DNA of 62,667 bases, the filler included, from Choristocarpus tenellus KU-1152 (lineage: Eukaryota; Protista; Phaeophyceae), in NCBI GenBank assembly GCA_964200185.2. It is 12 parts of 12 records of this genome, joined end to end, with 100 filler letters (N's around TTAATTAATTAA, not from the genome) between each part and the next. Parts side by side here need not be neighbours in the genome. Positions count along the whole stretch, not along the records: positions 48,990 to 52,865 come from CAXNAD020017437.1; positions 52,966 to 56,301 come from CAXNAD020020727.1; positions 56,402 to 62,667 come from CAXNAD020008529.1; 9 more parts are not named here. The stretch is one strand, 5' to 3'. A model generated the notes under the pieces. The model made no database searches. It worked only from the letters and a program-made list of their open reading frames with translations, and was not told the origin of the DNA. The translations under genes and the position numbers were made by a program. Each line of letters opens with the position of its first letter. Within the stretch, counting starts at the first letter, position 1. Shown piece after piece: positions 52,643 through 62,667 of the stretch.

Positions 52643-52830
52643 GGCTCAAAGTATCTAGGGAGAGGGGTGGCGGCTGTCCATTTGGGGCCCATTTTTCCAT
52701 GTCACGATTTGTGGGTGATTTGGTTCCATGCGTCGGATGGGTAATGTAATTCACTTTAATTCACTTTTCCTGTTCAGGGTCCGAATTGACACCCTGGTGT
52801 AGACCCCAACCCACCACCCACCCCCAACGC
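52643..52830 (-). mobile_element. MITE family B running into contig end; other truncated B copies at 1-41, 7148-7330, 17880-17952, 20388-20436, 30426-30439, 33698-33725, 43067-43136, 48868-48889, 48990-49073, 52966-52989
   Basis: G(G/A)(C/G)(T/C)CAAAGTATCTG + G-tract termini. Confidence 0.88.
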
Positions 52831-53735
52831 CCCGGCCCGCTCTCTCATGCTCCACCACAACAACANNNNNNNNNNNNNNNNNNNNNNNNNNNNNNNNNNN
52901 NNNNNNNNNTTAATTAATTAANNNNNNNNNNNNNNNNNNNNNNNNNNNNNNNNNNNNNNNNNNNNCCCCCCTCCCAGATACTTTGGGTCTACTCAAGACA
53001 GTGCAGAGGTCTGTACAACAAGCAGAACAAAATAATCAAACCTACAATAGCAGCAGGCACAAGATCAAACAAAAAACCCGATACAGTCCATGGTCTTGCA
53101 TAATGTACCTTAGCAGTAGGGAAGAGCGTCAAGCAATGCACATCCACTACATTGAAGTGTAAACATGTGTATTACTACTGTACACTATGTACAAAAAAAC
53201 ACAATCCAGTGGGTTTCCGAACACTTTCAGCTACACGCAATTCAATTGATGTTCACACACAAGCGCGCGCGCGCGCGCACACACACGCATCTCTCCAGGC
53301 CATCTATGAACATAGATAAAATCACACTCCACTTACATCATTCTACAAGTAGCACCTACCACAAAATGGCTGGGTACATTACCTCACAGCAAGGTGACAA
53401 GAAATTGTCTGAGCTCACCTACATTCTTCGAAATACTGAGACAATGGTAGTGGTGGAAGCCCACCAGACGAGGCAGACCACCGGAGGTTTCAAAGGATTG
53501 GTAGGCCTACACAACACCTCCTCTTCAACAAAGACCAAATGACAACTCAATCAAAATCGTAGACCAAAACACACAACCATAACAGCCAAAGGAACGGTGT
53601 AAAGTCCTTCTACACATCTAGTAGCGATTCAGAACATAAAAGACAAGACAGGGCCGTAAGAGGTGTTGATAGCCCTCCCCTCCCCACTGCACTATCCTCA
53701 ACATTCCCTGAAAAACACCTTAGATTCATAAATAA

Positions 53736-55945
53736 CTATGACTCTTTCACAAATGTCCTCCCTCCCCCCCCCCCCCCCCTCTTATCTGCCTCATCCTGTT
53801 TCCTACTTCCCCATCCCACATCAGTCACTCCTTCAACCAAATCGCAAGCCACTATACCCACGCCCCCCAGCCCCCCTACGCCTGATCGGCCTCCAGCCTC
53901 TCCCACCCCAGTGCCAGAACTGACGTGAACAACCAGTGTGAGAAGGTACAGGCCTCCAAAAGCGCCTGCAGCAAGACGGAAACACCATGAACACGCACCC
54001 TCTCCTCCACTACTTACGGCATTTGTGTACGTTACACCTGCCATTAAAGCACCAATTATCTCTCCAGTCCCTTGCAAAAGTCTCCTTTTTGATCCAAGGC
54101 CACACCAATTGTTTCCACTCCAACCTGTTCCATTCCCTGCAACACCAGCAGGGCTACTACTACCTCCAAGGGCAAGGCTGAGAAGGGTGGAGAGTGTGGG
54201 CTTTGCCACCATCCCTGCAGCTCTCATAGCTGCAATAGCAAATGCCACAGAGCCCAAAACTATCCACTGCGCCTCGGGCAGGGTAGAAGAGGCCCTAAGT
54301 CTTGACAAGTAGACAGTTGCTGCCACCTTTGAACAACCATGATGCGAGGTATATTTGTATCAGCAGGGGGTGTCAGAAGAATCGTGTGGCAGAAATGAAG
54401 AGAAAAATGTATAAATAGGCGAGTGGTGGCTTGGTCTATCAATGACCTGTGGCAGGCAGGTATGACAGGCAATGTGGCTTAACACGCAATGGTGGGGGCA
54501 ATGGGTGATGGTAATCCTTCACATAGGGCTCTTCGATTTGTTAGACCCTGCTGTTAATAACTGAGGATCTGTCTTTACCCCTCTTCAAAACAGCCCACAA
54601 GCTCCATCGAGTATTCCAAGCACAGAGGACTCTGGACAAAATGGACTAGATCTATAGAGCTACAAATTGATCCTGCACCACAGTGCTACTTAACTGTACT
54701 CTCATTCTACAAGATGTACTAATACAGAAGAGGGTGGCGTAGTTGGTCAAAATACCCGAGCAAAGCAAAGCACCTCACCACAAAACAAGCTTCAAACCTA
54801 ATGGGTGCTGAGAAATACCTGTGACCTCAAGAGCTACAGAAAATGTTGAGTGATCAGCTGACAAGACTGTCCTACAGTGTACAAGAAAACTCTTGAAGCA
54901 AATCGCCCGCACAATTGAGAAGTTGGAAGAATGTTTTTTTTTTTTGTGTGTGTGTGTGTGGGAAACGAAACCTCTGAAACCCTGCTGCTCCTGAAGACCC
55001 TCCCACCTTGTCCCCATATATTGGACTGTAGTATCACGACACCAGGACAAGGAAATCAGCACAATGATGTTGATTTCTTTGGAGGAGGGTTTTTAAAAGA
55101 ATGATTATTAGGTTTCCACAAATATATGGAGGCATTATTAGCGGATAAGGCCCTTGGTTGTACACCAACTGCCCTGCAGGTGGGCTCATCTATTTATGTA
55201 GTCAATTTTCAACATCTTTGGTGGGAATCACCGATCTCCAACAAGACAGCAAGGTTCAGCGGACCTTCCCCACTTCACATTTAAAATCAATTGATTGACA
55301 AGATTGCACAGCTTGAGGTGGTGGGACAAAGGCCACACCTACCTTCTCAGTCATCCAACCAGCCCCCTAGCCAGTCAGGGATAACTATATATATATATAT
55401 ATCACATACTCCAGGATTTTTCCTTGGATCCCAACAAAAACATAAACGGTGCTCCCCCCCGCCCTTCCCCCCAAAGGGGATATCCTTGTAGAATTTGAAA
55501 AAGCTCCGTTCCGATTCAAAATCAAGAGCAAACAGGAATGAGAACGAACCATTGGTCAATTAACAACACGATACTATATAAAAATATATATATATATACA
55601 TTTTTTTTTATTCATATAATGTAGAACCCTGTACTACATCCGAGGGGTGTCCTTCACACCCAAAACAGAAAAAGCCCGCATACTTTCAAGGCAAGTCAAA
55701 ACGTATTTCGAGTGGAGCCCGTGCTAAAAAGAAAAAGGAACAAAATTTCTGTACCCTGTCCCCCTCTTCTCCTTGCCAGTGCACCTGAACAGCTGTTGCC
55801 ACACGGAGTGCACGGATGGGTGAACGCGCTAGCAGTCTGGAAACAGACCCAGGGGCTCCCACGTGAAGTCCAGCATGTGCTACTGCAGCCAGAGCCAAGG
55901 TCATCCCTGCCTCCTGAGGTGTGAAGGCGAGCCCGCCATGGGAAC
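53736..55945 (-). CDS. MFS transporter (ZIF-like/DHA1-type), C-terminal half; exons 55785-55945 and 54326 to ~53736
   Basis: SHGGLAFTPQEAGMTLALAAV motif spliced in phase to hydrophobic helices ..GEIIGALMAG..WCFRLAAGAFGGLYLL; 3' end uncertain. Confidence 0.6.
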
Positions 55946-56401
55946 CTGCATGGGTTAAACCAAGGAAGTCAGGGGTGGGGGTGGGGGCGGGGTCTTAACA
56001 GTAGCGGCGGTAGTGATCCTTGGTTGTGATTCTTGAATCAATCAAACAAACTGGAACGTGTCGGTACTGTATGAGACTTGAGTGACCCCCCCCCAAAAAA
56101 ATTCCTGCTGTTGGACAGCTCTCTCCGGCGTGCTCCAGACAGATTTATCTCTGTTGGACTACCAAAACGAGACATGCCTCTCTTGAACCTTGCCGCATCC
56201 CAGAAAGCCCTGATCCAATCCCATCAATCCAATCAACCCCAAAAATCTTTTTTTTTTTTCACCTGGTGCAAGCATCCACAACAGCAGCAGTACCTCAACT
56301 CNNNNNNNNNNNNNNNNNNNNNNNNNNNNNNNNNNNNNNNNNNNNTTAATTAATTAANNNNNNNNNNNNNNNNNNNNNNNNNNNNNNNNNNNNNNNNNNN
56401 N

Positions 56402-58927
56402 CCCTATACCCAACCAAGAAAAAGCTCTCCGTCCCCTCCGTTCATATCCTTACTCCCCCGACCATAGCGAATCAGCGGGGATGGCGCTGGCGAGTTCGGG
56501 AGGAGCGTAAGGTTCCAACTCATGCTGACAGAGCGGGGCGTGAAATGGCAAAAGACCCCCCTACGCACGCCCCAGAGCAGTGGGATTTCTGACAGGCAAT
56601 CTAGTACGTGATGCAAGCGGCGCGAGGTCAGCTTATCCAGGCTGGATTTGGGGAGGAGTTCTAGTTCTTCGCGGTGGCAGACACCACGTACAAGGCCACA
56701 GGCATGCTACACGAATACCTGGGTGGCGAGACACCATACGAGCGACTGATGCGTTCGGGACGGAGTGCTTCGTGCATCAGACCAAGCAAAAGCGGGGCTC
56801 CAACGCCAAGTTCCACCCGTACACGAAGCGGGGCATCCTTGTCGGTCACGATGGGCGTCACTGTGCTGACATATGTGGATTCCGTATGGAGGTAAGCTGG
56901 TGAGCTCCGCGCAGGTGAAATTCCAGCCTGACACCAAAGTGCTGGAACTGGTGGGGGAGCCAGAGCTGGATACACTAGTGGAGGTGGCAACCGTTGGCAA
57001 CAGGTGGCAACAGGTGCAGACGAGTCGTCTATAGCAAAGGAGTCCTTGAGTGGGTCGAATGCAGCGCAGTGGCAGGAGGTCATGGGGAAGGAAATGACAG
57101 GGCTATGGCAGAAGGGGACGTTTGGTGACAAGGCCCTGCCCCAAGGGAGGAAGACAATTATGACGCGATTCGTTTTCAAAACCAAGTGCTCCGCAGACGG
57201 GACAGTGGGGCGCGACTCGTGGCTCACGGCTTCACACAAAACGCAGGTGTGGACTTCTTCGAAACCTTCAGCCCGTTGGTAGGGTACGACGCACTACGGT
57301 GCGTCATATCAATCGCAGCGTACAGAGGTTGGAGCATTGACGCCCTGGACTTCACAGAGGCCTACCTCAATGCAGACCTGCAGAAAGACATCTGGTTAGA
57401 GCTTCCTAACGGCCGCACCATCAAGGCAGAGAAGACAATCTATGGGCTGAAGCAGTCAGTCATGAAAGATATCATGAGCTACGCGGCACCATTCTAGCAG
57501 AAGGGTGGACGAGCAGCCAACACGACGAGTGCCTCTACTTCAGCAAGAGTGAAGACGGACGCATCGCCATCCTCACCACCTACATGGACGACACTGCTAC
57601 CACTGGGGACTGCACCGAGGAGATCCAAAGGATGAGGGCATCGCTGCTGGAGAAGTACGAGGGGCGGGACCTAGGCACGCCGGACAAGCTGATTGGGGTG
57701 GACATCAATCACATTGATCACCCTGGATTAACAGCTATACGCGGAAAGCATTGTCATGGCCGGGATGGGCTCCACGGAAGTGCGGGACACATCCACACCA
57801 CTGAACCCCAGCATGAGCGAGCCTCTCTGCCAGGCACGACAACGAGGAGGAACTGAATCCCATCATCTACCCCTATGCCAGTATCCTCGGCCAACTCAGG
57901 TTTCTATCAGGGATGACTCGCCCGGACATGGCCAACAGCGTTCGTGAACTGGGGCGCAGGGCGGCGTCTCCATGCATGCGGCACTGGCGCGGAATGCAAT
58001 ATGTTCTGCGCTACGGAGCGGGGACGCTGGACGTCTGCACTCGCTATGGTCGGGGGAGTAATGATATGAACGGAGGAGTCGGAGAGCTCTAGGTGGGGTA
58101 TGGGGATTCCGACTGGGACACCGACTCCCAAACACACAGGAGCGTCACAGGCTACCTACTATTGTTCAAAGGATCGCCGATCGCCTGGTGCTCCAAGCTT
58201 CAAGGCGCCGTCACCCTCTTCAGCTCGGAGACAGAGTGGACGGCAATGGCATACGGCACGCGCCACTGCATTTTCCTTCGAGGCATTCTGGGGGAGATCG
58301 GCGTACTATAGGACCAGACTCCCTGGTTCTGTGACAACCGTGGTGCTATCCAGGTGGGCAGCATCACAGTTTTCAACGGGAGAACGTAGCACTTGGACAA
58401 GAAGCTGAAGTGCACCAGAGAATACGTGGACCAGAATCTGTTCCACGTAGAGTACGTTCAAACATCAAAACAACTGGCCGACATTTTGACCAATTCTTTG
58501 CGCAAGAGCCTTCTGATTTTGTGCATTCCGTGCTTTCGTGTCGGGATTGAGCTTTTGTCAACAACTTTGCTGCACGCTCATGGGGTAGTGTGCAATATAT
58601 GCTGGTAGTCTATCGGTTTCTTATGTCCTTGGTACCCAGTATTATGTAACAGAAAGGTTGACTGGGTGGAGTACGTGTCAATGACTTGGTTCCGAATGCT
58701 ATGGTAATATGTTCGAGTCTCGATGAACAGACGTTTTTATTTCTGCTTACTATCAGTAGCTGACGCAGAACGACGACTGACGTAGTGCGACTGACGCAGA
58801 CACGTTCTGACGTGTCTGCTGACGTGCGCAATAGATGACGAGGCAGAGTACCCCCCCACCTCGAGGGATGGTGCTCACTCCGCTAATAAATTCGTTCATA
58901 CCACATAAAGGAAAGAATATTTGAACA
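56402..58927 (+). mobile_element. Ty1/Copia retrotransposon 3' part: integrase-RT-RNase H (frameshifted) plus 3' LTR ~58589-58927
   Basis: GDGAGEF..TPQSSGISDR, ARLVAHGFTQNAGVDFFETFSP, LDFTEAYLNA, IYGLKQS, YMDD, GYGDSDW, SSETEW, QLADILT; LTR ends TGTGCAATAT...ATATTTGAACA. Confidence 0.95.
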
Positions 58928-59560
58928 GCTCTTTTGCACAGATCAACCATGCTTTTCGCAACTAAGCTCGTATGTTATGTACACCACTTCCAGAGTGGAT
59001 GGAGCGTTGAGACCAGAAATCAAGGTCTTCATTAGAAAGTTCTCCCATTCCAGATAATCTCCCAGCTACTGGGGTACAACCTTGAGAATTATTTTGGCAA
59101 TGTGCGCACTAATGAGATATACCCCTGTAGTGACGACAAACTGTCCAATCCTTATCTTGTGGAGCACTGTGATGAACGCGTCCTTTGAAACGTGCAGTAT
59201 ACCTTCCTGCTCCCCGACACAGTGATCAGAATCTTTTTCATTGCCTGAGTTCCATCAGTCACTTCCACCAGTGTTAGTGCCTCATCGAGCGTCACGAAAC
59301 TAATCAGTTGATTCTGATGGTCAGGGTTGTAGTTGCAGGGCTTGGCCTTAACAGGCGTTGCCCCCGCATTCTTCGCTCTCGTAGGCTATATATACATTGG
59401 GTGGAGCATGATGGACCAGGGCCGCACAAAAAAAACTGTACTTACAAACTTACCTGGTACAGATGAGTTGACCATCTTGACCCGTACTAAACTCTTGAGC
59501 TTGCTGGAGGGAGGCCTCAAAGGTGTGAACAGTGTAACCGCAGTCAGTCTGCCACTGTAA
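58928..59560 (-). mobile_element. Degenerate RTE-like LINE RT N-terminal relic, interrupted by the Copia element
   Basis: KDAFITVLHK..DWTVCRHYRGISL..VDLCKRA abutting the LTR end. Confidence 0.72.
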
Positions 59561-62500
59561 TTACCATCTCAGTATGCAGTGTAGGTGCTTGATAAAATTA
59601 TTGAGAGTGAGTCTATGTAGTCTCAGATAAGGCAAGCTCAAGAAAGGAGAATACGATGCCAACAATAACATCGTATATATGAAAATATTGATCTCGGTCT
59701 ATAACACCCCCAAGCTGGTACCAAACCAACCAAAAGTATAAAGTGGAACGTCAAAAAATGGCCTACCTGACAATGGACTACAACCAGAGTCGATCTACAG
59801 CTACAAGGTCTCTCCACTCCACATGCTTCAAATAAGAATGAGGAGGCCTTGGTTAGTTGCTGATCAGCCAAGCTTAAGAGATATAAATATTGTCAAGACC
59901 ACTCACTACTGTGCAAGTAAGAAAGTCATAATCTGAGTCTACAACAACCCCAAAGCCCAGCGAACACTAGTCCAAGTGAAAAAGTGCCAGCTGGACTAAA
60001 GTAAAAGAAAGGTCTTTCTTGATTCCAATACTATCTAAAAATACTTCAAAACGTGAAAAAGTCAACTCTGTGCTTTTCTTGTGAAACCTGTGACTTCAGA
60101 AGACAGAAAGACCACTAGAGCTCAGCACAATACATAATTGTTCCTCAGGATGCAACATCAATTCTATGTATAACTAAACACATAACGTTATATATATATA
60201 GACCTTAGCACATCACAACAACACTCTAATAGCTCAGCACATACAACACCAAGATAACTATTCTTACGCACTGTTGCATTGCTTAACATGTGTTGTAAAA
60301 TCCCACAACTGGTCATTCAGGTAATGATCAAGGATCTTCCATTTGTTTCTGTACCTTCTCAAATTTGAACAAGTCTACAAACATACCATGCTTACAACTT
60401 GTCTATGATGGCAGGCTTCTGGTCACAATCTGTTGCTGGAGGGACTCACTCCTTGGACCACGTACACAGACTACTTATGTACATGTTGACAGCCCCTCCT
60501 GTACATTCCACCTCCCTTGCACCAGCTCTTCCACGTGTTCCGTAATTGTTGCTGTTTTCTCATAGTCCTCCTCGTTTCGTTCCAAAGCCTCCCTCCCACA
60601 CCAACCTTCATTTCGTCAATTGAGAGTGCGATAACACCTCCCACATCCCATATACCCTTCGCTGGCTCCAACATCCCCAACACCTTTGTTAGCCTTCTGT
60701 CCTGGCTGCATGAAATCCCCAGAAGCTGGTCACCTATTGCCTAAAACGTTGTATGCAGCCCGTAGCATGGTTTTATCCCTCAACTTAGCAGGGTTTGTGC
60801 CTTTTGATGCAAACTGTGAAGGGACTGAGTCAAAAGTTGCACTGTTGTCATGATCTTGGACCCATTCCTTACAAGGATATGGATCGAGAAAGAGCTTACC
60901 ACACAAAATTCTCCCTCATAGACGACCCTGCTGGAGATCCCCACAGTTGAAAGACAACCTCCACTGCTATTTTTTCTGTGATAAAGACAGTTGCCTCACT
61001 ACTTAAGTGTTGTCATCATGGGCATTTAAAGGAAGCATTGATGAGGTGGACCCCTGTGACAACATAGACCAAGCCACCCTCAAGGTAGGAGTAAAGAATA
61101 GCTGTGTGCACATTCACACCCAACTCTCTTCCCTCAGAGACTTATGTCCTATATGATGAAGGCATTTTTGTCTGGGAAGACTACCAATACCTCATTCCAG
61201 AGCACCACACAGCCTTTGAAGAGCTAAATCCAAGGTACAGATGACCTACCTCCTCAATGGTCTGTCTCCAAATTCCTATTGGTCACAGTGAGTTACATAA
61301 ATAATACATAGTCTTATCTGATGCACATGGGCAAGTGAGCTAGTTTACCTCATACTGCTCCATCTGGTATACACCAACTGAAATGACAAGCGAGTGATTC
61401 CAGAACCCACTTTCAAAGATAATTTTGTAGCGAAAGAAATATGTACCCCCCACTCATGTCCCACACCTCTAGGAGCTATGGTATGAACAAAGAACCTGTA
61501 GTTCCTCCACCATACACTACACCGCAGGACCCCTGAATATGCTTGACACATGGGGGCATGGTCAGAACCAGCATCTATATAAAAACCTGGAACACGAGGT
61601 GTCATGGATAAATCAAATAGTGCTCCTCAACTCAATATCATTTATGTACACAGTCACCTATTACTACCAGAGGTGCCTCCACTCTTCCAGTATTCAGATG
61701 TGGCATAAGTTTGTATATGACAGCATTCAGAAACCTGGGAATCTAGCTCCACCACCTTCATGGGGGTTGTCAGTGCCTCCAGTCCCGGACCCCTTATGAA
61801 GAAGTCCTCACCTCAGCAACTCTCCTGATCATGCTGCTTATGTGGGTAGGTGCTTTTAAGAGCTTCAAAAGTTACAAGCTTCGAAGGCAACTGCCACCTT
61901 GTAAGTCCAATCTGTTGAAAAAAAATTATACCTTACCTTTCGTGAGTGATACTAGCGAGAGTGCAATAATCCAGCAAAATATATTGCATTGTATTTTCTA
62001 CCATATTGTACTGCTGAACTGTACCTTCGATATAGAACTATGCCAGAGGACACCAGAGAGCAAAGCAACTGTTAAAGAAGTATCACCAAAACCCCAGTGT
62101 AAAAGTAAGGCTGTCCTGTCTCTTATCGTATACTATTCAGAGTACAAAAAAACCAGCTCAATGTAAATTGGAATTATGTTCAACAGGGTGATTTCACCTG
62201 TTTCTAATTTAGTATTTTAGTTATGACAGGAATACTTTTCATGTACAACAAACACATGGGTGATTGATTTATTTTCTGATTTTTGACATGGCATCAGGGG
62301 ACAAGTACCTGCATGCATGTAATGGTTTTGATGTCCAACATGATGTGTCACACCTTGCCCCTCAATACCACAAGGTGTCACAACTCACAACTGTTGTTGG
62401 TTTGTGTATGTTCTCATGTATGTTTCTTCTCTCCTTATGTGACATCTCAAGAATAATGAACATGATAATCATGTACTACCAATAGTAATAAAAGTCCAAT

Positions 62501-62667
62501 AAAGTAAAATCATGGTGAATCCATCTTCGCTTTTCACAGTCAACCCCTCAGTCACAAATTCTTCAGCCTTAAAGATAGATACTGATGATGGAGATGTTAA
62601 GCTGTCCTTGATGATCTGTTGTCCCACACAACCAGTTATATTATTGTTTATTAGCTTGTATCACAGT

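Overview
Eukaryotic nuclear DNA, not one locus. It is 12 short, probably unlinked contigs joined by 11 identical artificial 100-bp spacers (N44-TTAATTAATTAA-N44). TTAGGG repeats, intron-rich genes and a Pmp-like GGA(I/V)/FxxN repeat protein suggest a brown alga or related ochrophyte (inference). Recognisable gene pieces: a TKL kinase with a frameshift, a Pmp-like adhesin 3' half, a DDX49/DBP8 C-terminus, an MFS transporter and an unknown membrane protein. The rest is transposon-rich: Copia, gypsy-like gag and RTE-like LINE relics, plus two abundant related MITE families. Family A (~260 bp, GAG...CTC ends, 4-bp TSD) and family B (~175 bp, G-tract ends, 3-bp TSD) share the AAAGTATCT TIR core and an inverted GTCCATTTGG subterminal motif. 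The most notable signal is a spliced, intron-containing Sola2-like transposase fragment (16354-17528) that may be the partner of these MITEs. All family calls are from motif recognition by eye; no database search was run.
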